64,000 nucleotides of DNA from Smithellaceae bacterium. Its GTDB lineage: Bacteria > Desulfobacterota > Syntrophia > Syntrophales > Smithellaceae. A program made the translations under genes and the position numbers. Position 1 is the first letter of the stretch. Every line of letters starts with the position of its first letter. The notes beneath the pieces were generated by a model. The model was not told the origin of the DNA. It ran no database searches and saw only the letters and a list, made by a program, of their open reading frames with translations. The DNA is taken from NCBI GenBank assembly GCA_963667845.2, contig CAXXVL010000002.1, positions 2,080,001 to 2,144,000 of the forward strand. Reading direction: 5' to 3'. Positions 36,845 to 45,641 of this stretch are shown in pieces.

Positions 36845-39800
36845 CAGTTGAACTCGAGTTTATAGTAGATATCGACGCCGCTTTGCGTGCCTGTCTGCGT
36901 TTCCACCTGCCAGTGTTTGGAAATATCGTAGCGCAGAAGAAATAAGTTGCTGCCGGAAAACAGTGACCGGCCATAGCTGATATACAATTCCGGCGTCAGG
37001 TACTTGCCCACAACCATCAGGGTTTCCGACACGTTTTCCGTGCCCGTGCCGGTGGGTGTGACATTCATGCGCTTATATCCCATGTGGCTGTTTTGCTGTA
37101 CGACGTCCGTAGATAAATCCAGCGAACCGAGTCCCAGACGGTTTTTGATTTTGTCCACCAGACTTTCGGACTGATTTGCGGATAAAAGCGCACCGGCCGC
37201 CGTCGCGAGCAAACCAATCTGTTTTGCGTCTGAGGCGAGCGGATGACCCAGGACGATATAAGCCAGGATGTCCGTATCCTGCATGGCGGGTTCCGAATAC
37301 AATTTGACGAGCGGATTAGGGAGGATGCCGCTGACGGCAACACCGGCGCGAACGTCGCCCACCTTACGCCACGCCAGGATATCAAGGGACGGCCGGTTAA
37401 TCGGCGTACCGGTGTAAAACAGGCGTCCGCGGATGATCTCCAGATTGACCCCGTACGTGCGGAAGCGGCCTTTAACCACGCGGATTTCTCCGCGGCCGGT
37501 GATCTTTGATGGATCCTGGAATTGAAGATCGACGCTGCCGCCCAGCTGCGCGTCGATGCCGGACGCCTTGAACTGGACTTGCTCGCCCAGGATCATCCTG
37601 ACCTGAACGTCCAGATTGATCGGCAGCTTTTTGTCCACAGGTTTCGGTTTCCCCTCCCGGATCACATCCGGGCTTGCCGCGACGGGCTCATGGGATTGCG
37701 ACCCGATGATCTGAATCGCCGGAAGCAGAATTTCACCGCGGACGGATAATGCATCCCGCGTTCCCGAGAAGGTGAGCCTGGGCGAGGCCAGCACCTGGAG
37801 TTCCGGAAAGTAAACAGCCTGAAAGCGCTCGCCGTTGATCTTTCCTTCATAACTTTTCACCTGCATTCCCTTCATCCGGATGAGCGCCGATCCTTCGATC
37901 GCGCCCGGACCGGAAGCCGCATGAAAGGAATCGATGTGAATGGCATTCTTATCGAAGCGGGCGGCGATCCGGGCGTCTTTGACGGAGATGCCGGCAGTCG
38001 GCAGATAGCCGCCCGCATTGGATAAGCGGATGGTTCCTGTTGCCTCGGGTTCATCCCAATTGCCGCCCACTTTCAAATCCAGATCAAGATCACCGTGACT
38101 TTCCTGGACCAGCCCCGGGAATAAAACCCCGAGGGCGCCTTTTTCCCGGAGCTGCCCGCCAAGCGATGCCTGGAGACTTCCCCGGTGATCGACGGCAACC
38201 GGCAGCCTCGCGGCAATCGGCAGAAGGAATCTGCCCTGAAGCTTTCCATAGTCCGCCATGGTCAGCGCGATGGTGCCGACGAGCGCTTGGTCGTGCCAGT
38301 TCCAGTCAAGCGCTGCATCGCGCAGGCCGATGCTCACATCGCCTTTCTGCCCCTGCCAGTGGATTCTGGACCGGTTAAGCGTCGTGTGGCCCGTGAGAGA
38401 AAAACGATGATTCGGCAGGAGTTTGCCTTTCGCGTCACCGGCCATCTGTCCTTCCAGTCTGGCGCGTCCGGGCAGCCGTCCGGAAAGAGGCATCAGATCA
38501 AATCCCTGCCAGCGCAGATCCAGATCTCCTTCGTCCGGTACGGCAAGAGCGGCCGGCCGGGCTGAGGAAAATGAACCCTGCAGTGTCCCGCCGGAAGCCA
38601 GCTGCATATTTGCTGCGGCCCGGATGCCCTGTTCATCTGCTTTCACAGTCATGTTGCATTGCCGGATGTCGACGGACTGCCCCTGCGCCTGAAAAGTCCC
38701 CGCCAGTGAAAATTTTCCATTGAGCGCAATTTGATTCCGGGGCAGGAAGCTTAAATGGACACTGCCGCCGCTTGTACCGCTCAGGTGTTCCTCATTCAAC
38801 CAGAAATTGATGCGCGACAGATTCAGATTATCCCAGTCGAGCGCCAGGGAGCCTGTGAGCGGTTCCCATTTTAAGGCGGCGGACAGCCGGAACATCTCCT
38901 GGCCCCGGCCCGCAAACACCAGCGGATCGAGCGTCAGGCTGTCCGATGTAATGGATAGTGCTGCGGGTTCGGTGAGTCTCCAGGGACCGGCACTGTCCGT
39001 GCCGAAAAGACGCAGAATTTTACCCTGCCAATTGTTCTGACGATAGGCGCCGGATAAAGCCAGGTGCGCCTCCTCGCGGCCGCGGCGCGCCACTGCCGTG
39101 AGCGTATGAGCGGGCAGCGTTCCTCCGGCCTGCAGAGTCACGAGGTCCGCCGCCAGGGTTCGATAGTGAAGTGTGTTGAAGGTCGCATTGAAAGACAGAG
39201 GCGATTTTTCCTCATCTTTCATGGCCGCGGTAATTTCCGCCGATTTGACCGACAACCCGTCGGCGCTGAAATTACGGGCCTCGGCAGAAAGAGCACCGCT
39301 GGCCCGACCGTTTAGCCAGCGTGCCGAACCTCGTGCCGCCAGCGATCCTCCGGTTTGCGGAATGAGACGCGACAGATCGCTCACGCGTGCGCTGAAGTCC
39401 ACGTTGCTCTTAACGGGACCGCTGGCGTTAATCTGAAAGCCTTTTCCCTGAAGGGCGAGCCTAGCGATCCGGATATCGTCGCCCGTAAAAGCGGCGCGCA
39501 CCTCTCCGGTCAGCTCCTGCCCGTGCAGTTTGCTTTGCAGCAATTTGCCGATGACTTCTCCATCGGGCGGTTTGTCTTTTGAAAGCGCCACTTTGCCGGA
39601 AAGGTCAAAATGAATTATCCCCGTCCAGTCCGGATCGATCTGGGCCGGATCAAGGTTGCGGCCGGAAATTGCGCCGTTTGCCGTAAGGCCGTTTTGCCAG
39701 GTGACGTTGAGGTCGCCGCTCAGAGTGCCCTTGAGGGTCGAGCCCCGGAGGGAGCGGATCGTTACGCCGGCGGCGTTTCCCGAATAGTCGGCGGCCAGTC

Positions 39801-40815
39801 GGACCGATCGCCAGGTTTTCCCCTGATGGGCCAGTGTGGCATGTCCTTCATACTGCCTGGGGGTTCCGGCGAAGGTTAAGGTTCCGAAGAGTCCGAGCGG
39901 TATGTTCAATTCACGGGAAAGATCCCAATCGATCGCTTCTGCCCGCAGGTTCAGAAAAGGCTGTGGCCCGCTAACCGTCAGCATGCCGTCCGCCGTGATG
40001 AGTCCTCTCCTGCCCGTGCGGGTGAGGCGCATTTGCTTTATGGGAAAACCCGCCTGCGTCGTGCCGGTCTCCATGGCGAGCTGCCACTGGGGCTGTTTGC
40101 TTCGGTTGCCGGAGAGCAGAAGATTCCCGGACAGTTCACCTGTGCTTTTTCCCGGTCCGAATTTTCCAATGAGCCGGAATGAATCCATGCCGGCAAAAAG
40201 TTGAGCCGGGGTTGCGGTCAGATCCGTCATGAGGAGCGGGCGGCCGAAACCAGCCAGCAGATTTCCCCTGGCGACGCCCAGGTCGGAGACGATATGGAGA
40301 TTGCCGACAGAAAGTTGTGAGTTCCGGAAGATCATGGAGAAGGAGATCGTCTTAATTTTTACCGGTTGGTCGTCCAGACGTCGATACAGCAGGTTTGTGA
40401 TTTCGCCGCGTTCGATTTCACCGCTGAAAAAGGCGATGACGCCTGTTGCCCGCGGCCAGACCAGCGTCGGCGGTGTATCCGGCGAATTATCCCGGATGGA
40501 CACATTCGCTGCCGAAAGATGCCGGATGCTCAATTGACCGGCCGCGAGATCAAGCGGCCGGGCGTCAAACTCCAGGCGTTCGATCCGGATGGCGCCTTTT
40601 GGCCAGGTGATCTCCGTGTTTTCCAGGCGCAGCGTTCCCGCCAGACGTCCCTCAATTTTATGTGCGGAAATTCGAATGTCCGTAAAGCTCGAAACCATGC
40701 TAAGCAATTGTTTTGCTCCGCTTGTCGTTCCGAAAAGCCAGGCGGGCAGGGCAAGGCCGATGAAGAGAGCTGCCGCCATAGCGGCGAAGATGAAATAGGT
40801 GAACGCACGTTTCAA
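36844..40815 (-). CDS. tamB: Translocation/assembly module TamB
   Basis: N-terminal anchor, long beta-rich body, C-terminal VGKYLTPELYISYG...GVDIYY. Confidence 0.88.
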   Translation of the reverse strand: MKRAFTYFIFAAMAAALFIGLALPAWLFGTTSGAKQLLSMVSSFTDIRISAHKIEGRLAGTLRLENTEITWPKGAIRIERLEFDARPLDLAAGQLSIRHLSAANVSIRDNSPDTPPTLVWPRATGVIAFFSGEIERGEITNLLYRRLDDQPVKIKTISFSMIFRNSQLSVGNLHIVSDLGVARGNLLAGFGRPLLMTDLTATPAQLFAGMDSFRLIGKFGPGKSTGELSGNLLLSGNRSKQPQWQLAMETGTTQAGFPIKQMRLTRTGRRGLITADGMLTVSGPQPFLNLRAEAIDWDLSRELNIPLGLFGTLTFAGTPRQYEGHATLAHQGKTWRSVRLAADYSGNAAGVTIRSLRGSTLKGTLSGDLNVTWQNGLTANGAISGRNLDPAQIDPDWTGIIHFDLSGKVALSKDKPPDGEVIGKLLQSKLHGQELTGEVRAAFTGDDIRIARLALQGKGFQINASGPVKSNVDFSARVSDLSRLIPQTGGSLAARGSARWLNGRASGALSAEARNFSADGLSVKSAEITAAMKDEEKSPLSFNATFNTLHYRTLAADLVTLQAGGTLPAHTLTAVARRGREEAHLALSGAYRQNNWQGKILRLFGTDSAGPWRLTEPAALSITSDSLTLDPLVFAGRGQEMFRLSAALKWEPLTGSLALDWDNLNLSRINFWLNEEHLSGTSGGSVHLSFLPRNQIALNGKFSLAGTFQAQGQSVDIRQCNMTVKADEQGIRAAANMQLASGGTLQGSFSSARPAALAVPDEGDLDLRWQGFDLMPLSGRLPGRARLEGQMAGDAKGKLLPNHRFSLTGHTTLNRSRIHWQGQKGDVSIGLRDAALDWNWHDQALVGTIALTMADYGKLQGRFLLPIAARLPVAVDHRGSLQASLGGQLREKGALGVLFPGLVQESHGDLDLDLKVGGNWDEPEATGTIRLSNAGGYLPTAGISVKDARIAARFDKNAIHIDSFHAASGPGAIEGSALIRMKGMQVKSYEGKINGERFQAVYFPELQVLASPRLTFSGTRDALSVRGEILLPAIQIIGSQSHEPVAASPDVIREGKPKPVDKKLPINLDVQVRMILGEQVQFKASGIDAQLGGSVDLQFQDPSKITGRGEIRVVKGRFRTYGVNLEIIRGRLFYTGTPINRPSLDILAWRKVGDVRAGVAVSGILPNPLVKLYSEPAMQDTDILAYIVLGHPLASDAKQIGLLATAAGALLSANQSESLVDKIKNRLGLGSLDLSTDVVQQNSHMGYKRMNVTPTGTGTENVSETLMVVGKYLTPELYISYGRSLFSGSNLFLLRYDISKHWQVETQTGTQSGVDIYYKLEFN

Positions 40816-42695
40816 AATTCAAACCCTACCGTAAAATGGATTCGATAGCCGGGATCATCCACGGCGATCTGTCGCGCGACAGACAAATTCAAAGCGCCCA
40901 CCGGCGTAAAGTAATGGAGGCCGACGCCCGCCGCCTGAAACAGGGTGATATCGGCAAACGAATCAAAAGCATTGCCGGCGTTATAAAAGACGGAAACCGC
41001 CCAGTCCTCGAAGATTGCCCGCTGCAGTTCCACGCATCCGGTCAAAAGATGCTTGCCGCCGACGACATTTCCCAGGATATCACGCGGGCCCAGCGACTGA
41101 TAGGCATATCCGCGGACGCTTTGATCGCCGCCCGCAAAAAAACGCAGCGACGGCGGAAGATCATTGATCGGATCTGAAAAGAAAGTAATTCCCGCCTTGG
41201 CGCTGGTCTGTAGAGACAGGCGCCAAGGTATCGGGAGGATATGACTGGCTTCGCTGATCAACTGCAGCAACTGGGTGGTCGACCCCAGAACAGGATGCGT
41301 ACCGCGCAGATCAAGGGCATAGCGGAAACCGCGGGTGGGTCTGACGAGATTGTCGTAGTGGTTGTCGGAAAAACGGACGCCGGGCAGAACGTAGCGCGAG
41401 GTGGAATCCTGAATGCCGATCGTGAATTCTTCCTGCTGGAATTTCACGTACGCCGTACCCAGCTTCTGATCGCCGAAGCTGTTTGTCCGGGCCAGTTCCA
41501 GCGCGATGACCCGACTGCTGTAGGTTGTGATATTCTCCTTCTGAAGGTTGATCCGGACGGACGTAAAGGTCCGGAAATCCTTGTCGCTCGGGATGATGTA
41601 AGCGGTCGCGAGTCCTTGAAGCCGCTCTGAAATATACAGATTGGAATCCAGTTCATGCCCCTTGTGCAGCAGGTTGAGATCGCGGTAGCGCAAAGCAAAG
41701 CGTGCACCCGTATCCGTTCCGTAGCCGACACCAGGACGCAGGCTTCTGCGCGGGAGAGATTTCAACAAAATACGAATGGGTATTTTGTAATCCCGCGCCT
41801 GGGGCTTTTCCGCGAGAAGGGTCACTTCGCGGAACCGTTCCGAATTGTTTAACTGAAGTTGAGATTCGGCGAGCTTCGTTTGAGAGAAGACGTCGCCCGG
41901 AACGAACGTGAGATAGCGGCGTAAATAGGCATCGGGGTAATCCGGAGCACCTTCGATCGTGATATCCGAAAAGAAATACCGCTCGCCCGTTTGCAGGACC
42001 AGATCAATCCGCCCGGTCTTGTCGTTTGCGTCGACGTGAATTTCATGAACAGTGTATTCGGCATCCAGATAGCCGAGTTCCTGTGCCCTTGCCTGCAGCA
42101 CCTGCTTGGCCTCCTCATAGCGTTGATGCAGTAAAATGGAACCCTTCTGCAGCGGGAAAGCGGCAGCGAGCGCTATAAGCGATGGTTCGGATGCGCCGCT
42201 GCCGGCAACGGTGACGCGGACATCCGTAAGAATTACGGGCTGACCGGCTTCCACTTTCACCCTCACGCGAAATGTATCGGGCGTGGGTGTCTCCAGGGTA
42301 ACGGTGACCTGTGCGGAATAATACCCGAAGGGTTCCAGGGCGGCGAGCACTTTTTGATCCGCCTGGCGGACAAAGCGTTCCAGCCAGAGTTTGTCCACTT
42401 TCCCGTCCGCGACCAGACCCGGGGGCAGGACAAGCGCGGCCAGGACATTCTTTTGCCCGGCCCCGATGACGCCCTCGACAACAATTTCCACCGGTTCGGC
42501 GCCGTGGGCTATTGCGGCAAATCCCGGTCCGCAAAAGAGGCCCGCGAGAATAATGATCAAGAAAAGTCGCCGCAGACAAAGCCGCTGGATCGGCAAGAAC
42601 TGACCCGGAATTACGGCTGCCCCGCTCTTATTATGAAACGACGGCTCCGCAAACCGTCTGCTGATGATTTTAACCGGCCTGTATTGTGTGTTCAT
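40812..42695 (-). CDS. tamA: TamA/Omp85-family outer membrane protein (start uncertain)
   Basis: POTRA segments (PFGYY, LGYLDA), GYGTDTG, RFFAGGDQSVRGY, C-terminal F; TTGA overlap with tamB. Confidence 0.88.
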   Translation of the reverse strand: MNTQYRPVKIISRRFAEPSFHNKSGAAVIPGQFLPIQRLCLRRLFLIIILAGLFCGPGFAAIAHGAEPVEIVVEGVIGAGQKNVLAALVLPPGLVADGKVDKLWLERFVRQADQKVLAALEPFGYYSAQVTVTLETPTPDTFRVRVKVEAGQPVILTDVRVTVAGSGASEPSLIALAAAFPLQKGSILLHQRYEEAKQVLQARAQELGYLDAEYTVHEIHVDANDKTGRIDLVLQTGERYFFSDITIEGAPDYPDAYLRRYLTFVPGDVFSQTKLAESQLQLNNSERFREVTLLAEKPQARDYKIPIRILLKSLPRRSLRPGVGYGTDTGARFALRYRDLNLLHKGHELDSNLYISERLQGLATAYIIPSDKDFRTFTSVRINLQKENITTYSSRVIALELARTNSFGDQKLGTAYVKFQQEEFTIGIQDSTSRYVLPGVRFSDNHYDNLVRPTRGFRYALDLRGTHPVLGSTTQLLQLISEASHILPIPWRLSLQTSAKAGITFFSDPINDLPPSLRFFAGGDQSVRGYAYQSLGPRDILGNVVGGKHLLTGCVELQRAIFEDWAVSVFYNAGNAFDSFADITLFQAAGVGLHYFTPVGALNLSVARQIAVDDPGYRIHFTVGFEF

Positions 42696-43017
42696 TCGCC
42701 ATTTGACCTTGTTTCCCGCTGCAACACCATGCAGATTTGTATAGCGATTACGGGAAAAATTGGGCTTCTGAAAGTTTAAGGCATGCCTCGGGGGAATGCA
42801 AGAGGTGTTGTACGCCGACAGGAATAAAAAACGCGTTTCCGGCATGCCTGTTCAGCGTCGCTCTCTCCCTGCCGTCGTGCGTATCTCCATCCCTTCCGGA
42901 ATTTTAAGGATTGGGCGGCTATGCAGAGTCGCCGGTTGCAAATGCAGCCAGGCGGCGTCCGGCGATGAAGTCAAAAAAGAGAGCCTGGCGGGAGCCGGTG
43001 CAGATGACCCGGAAAGC

Positions 43018-43080
43018 TTCAATCCCGCTCACGGGCGGGACGAGCGTCAATTCCCCGTCGTTTGCTGCGAGGTCGTTGAT
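43018..43080. repeat. Dispersed ~63-bp repeat, copy 2
   Basis: TTCAATCCCGCTCACGGGCGGGACGAGCGTCAATTCCCCGTCGTTTGCTGCGAGGTCGTTGAT. Confidence 0.8.
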
Positions 43081-43109
43081 TCATTTCATGAGGTATTTTT
43101 ATGCGGACG

Positions 43110-43484
43110 TCATTGTGTGACTGTCAACAGAGCGGATGTCTTATTCCCCCACATGTTACAGGTGGCTTTAACCTGGAAAGTATCTTCCTCGATAGCGGGA
43201 ATTTTATATTGATAGGTGAAGGTTTTTCCTGTCGGTTGTTCGTTATACGTGTTGATGCTCACAACGGCGCCGTTCTTCCTGATCTCTATATACTTGATAT
43301 GATGCGAACCCTTCAACATCGTGTCGTGTGTAACCGTTACACTCAGGGTTTGTGTCGCTAAAGTATATTTAAGCACAATGCTTTCCGGGGGCGTGGCATA
43401 GCCCGCCCGCGGGTACAGGCAGGCGATCAGCATCATGATGCATAGGTATGAGAATAAGCAGGATGCTTTGAAATATTTATTCAT
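43110..43484 (-). CDS. Small exported hypothetical protein
   Basis: Signal peptide, HHIKYI, CNMWG; GGAG RBS. Confidence 0.7.
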   Translation of the reverse strand: MNKYFKASCLFSYLCIMMLIACLYPRAGYATPPESIVLKYTLATQTLSVTVTHDTMLKGSHHIKYIEIRKNGAVVSINTYNEQPTGKTFTYQYKIPAIEEDTFQVKATCNMWGNKTSALLTVTQ

Positions 43485-43501
43485 TTCTTCCCCTCTCATT
43501 A

Positions 43502-43563
43502 TTTAATCCCGCTTAAGCGGAACGAGCGTTAATTCTCCGTAGCTTGCTGCGAAGTGGTGGATT
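43502..43563. repeat. Dispersed ~63-bp repeat, copy 3
   Basis: TTTAATCCCGCTTAAGCGGAACGAGCGTTAATTCTCCGTAGCTTGCTGCGAAGTGGTGGAT. Confidence 0.8.
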
Positions 43564-43583
43564 TTCCGGCCAGTCATCATCGG

Positions 43584-44144
43584 TCAGCCGGGGAATTTTG
43601 CATCCAAAAGCGTACCGCCGATCAGCCCCAGCAAAGCGCCGCACAGCGAGGCGATCAACGCAAGCAAAGTGAAAAAGACATGCGTTCCCGCCATCAGGAG
43701 CGGCCCGTGGAGGGCGAGGAGGGCCATCACAACGGCGACGACGAAAAAGATCAGTCCGAGGATGATTTTTTTTGTGAGGAGCTGCGTATTGACTCTTCTA
43801 AATCTTAAATTGCCGTCCATAAGACCGGTGGCAATGGCCCCGATCAGGAAGAACGGCAGCAGGACAGCCAGCACTTTCATCGTGGACGCAATCGGGATCT
43901 GAAGGTCGGCCGGGGCGACAAACGCGACGAGAGAAAGAAGGAAAAGCGTAAGCGCGAAGGCCTGCGGAAAATGAACCGCAACGGGATGAGTATGCAGATC
44001 GAGAATTCTTCTTCTTTTGATGGACACGGGATGTTTATAGGGTTCAAACATCTTGGCGGGGACGCCGCAAGCCGGACAGACATCTTTGATTTTTCCCTGA
44101 TCGGTAACAAAGCCGCACGCTTTACATTTCATCAGGTTCTCCAT
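43584..44144 (-). CDS. Rubredoxin-like domain fused to a DUF2231-like membrane domain
   Basis: CKACG...CPACG; HPVAVHFP followed by four TM helices. Confidence 0.75.
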   Translation of the reverse strand: MENLMKCKACGFVTDQGKIKDVCPACGVPAKMFEPYKHPVSIKRRRILDLHTHPVAVHFPQAFALTLFLLSLVAFVAPADLQIPIASTMKVLAVLLPFFLIGAIATGLMDGNLRFRRVNTQLLTKKIILGLIFFVVAVVMALLALHGPLLMAGTHVFFTLLALIASLCGALLGLIGGTLLDAKFPG

Positions 44145-44560
44145 AGATTCCCCCTCTCCATGAAATTTAGATCATGAAAAAAATGATACATGTGCCTTAA
44201 TTCAATGTAATCGCCGATCAATGACGTGCAAAGTCCATCAACGATCAATCAGCAAAAACTTTACCCAAAATATAAAATCAGATAACTCCATTCGATGTCA
44301 AGGGAATTCATGTCTGCCTTATTTATTCGTCATACCCCGGGGAGCAAGAGAGCCTTTGATAGCGGGTCTTCGGGCCCCTTGCGATGTCAGTTATTTTGTG
44401 TGGGCGTTGTTCTGGTAAATCATTTACTTTGTGATCATCAGTAGCAATGGCTTTCGCTGTGGGATTATTTGCCGTCTGCCGGCCGGAGATATGGATCGCG
44501 TCTTCTCGGGACAAATATAAAGATTGAAAAAAGACAGGCAATTTTATATTCTTCCGGCAC

Positions 44561-44623
44561 TTTAATCCCGCTCACGCGGGACGAGCGTTAATTCCCTGTC
44601 GCTTGCTGCGAGATGGTTGATTT
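44561..44623. repeat. Dispersed ~63-bp repeat, copy 4
   Basis: TTTAATCCCGCTCACGCGGGACGAGCGTTAATTCCCTGTCGCTTGCTGCGAGATGGTTGAT. Confidence 0.8.
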
Positions 44624-44873
44624 CAGGAGGTGGTTCTGGACGTTACTCCTTGCCCCTATTCAATTCGACTTCATCGTCGGATGCCATTTTCTCTTTCCGG
44701 CCGTGACGCTCGCTGCCTCGCTGGCGGTGCTGATTTCCGGGGCATTGCCTGTCGTGAAAAAAATGAGTGCGTCGAAAGATCCCCGGTCTTTTTCGCGAGA
44801 CCGCTTAGTTGATCTTTGCCGTCGGCGCGTTATCCTGCGAATGCGACGTGGAATGTGCTTCGGGTGAAAGATT

Positions 44874-45347
44874 GTGATTGTTGATCATTTGAATCGTTGG
44901 AAGAATTATTTCAGCCGTCCGGTTTGGGAAACTGTCTTCGGCGAGCTCCTGCTGCTCGATGAAAATACGCCGGAGATGGAGAAAAAAATCCGCGGGGATG
45001 ATATCATTCTGAAGGTCCTGAGCTGTAAAACCGTCGATCCGCAGAATGAGCGGGTGGAGCCGGAGTCACACCGGCGCTACCTGGATATCCATACATCGAT
45101 TATCCATGAGGAAAGAATTGACTGGTTCCCGGCGGCATCTCTCACGGTCGTTAGACCGTATGATGAAATCGAAGATGCGGTTTGCTATGAAAATCCGCAA
45201 TCGGCTCGCACCGGTATCGTGATGCACCCGGGTCTTTTTGCCCTGTTCGGTCCTTCTGATGCGCACATGCCCGGCCTTTGTGCGTCAGGCTACCCCGAGA
45301 ATATAAAAAAAGCCGTCATGAAGATCCGCATCGATGCACCGCTTTGA
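44874..45347 (+). CDS. YhcH/YjgK/YiaL family protein
   Basis: ESHRRYLDIH, FGPSDAHMP, IKKAVMKI. Confidence 0.85.
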   Translation: MIVDHLNRWKNYFSRPVWETVFGELLLLDENTPEMEKKIRGDDIILKVLSCKTVDPQNERVEPESHRRYLDIHTSIIHEERIDWFPAASLTVVRPYDEIEDAVCYENPQSARTGIVMHPGLFALFGPSDAHMPGLCASGYPENIKKAVMKIRIDAPL

Positions 45348-45641
45348 GCGGCGGATTTTCCCGCTTTGTGTTCTGAGAATCAGTGAAATACCGAATCTGC
45401 ATACTATAAAGTAACGTCTGTTTATTTGAAAGCGCAGGGCAAAAATATTCCGCAACATGATTCATGCGGATTATTCCGGGATCGCAATGAATCTCCGGTA
45501 AGCAGCGCTGCCGAAAACGCCCGGTGTTCATCACAAATTCACAGGGGCATTCATTTGCGTCTTTCTAAAGAATGCAATCGTTAAAAACTCCGCCATGGCT
45601 AAAGAGTTCCGGTTTTTGCTTGTAACGTTGCAGGGCAGGTG

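Noticed and set aside
43018..44623. Dispersed repeats as CRISPR or attC
   Set aside because: Irregular spacing and no RYYYAAC/GTTRRRY boxes.
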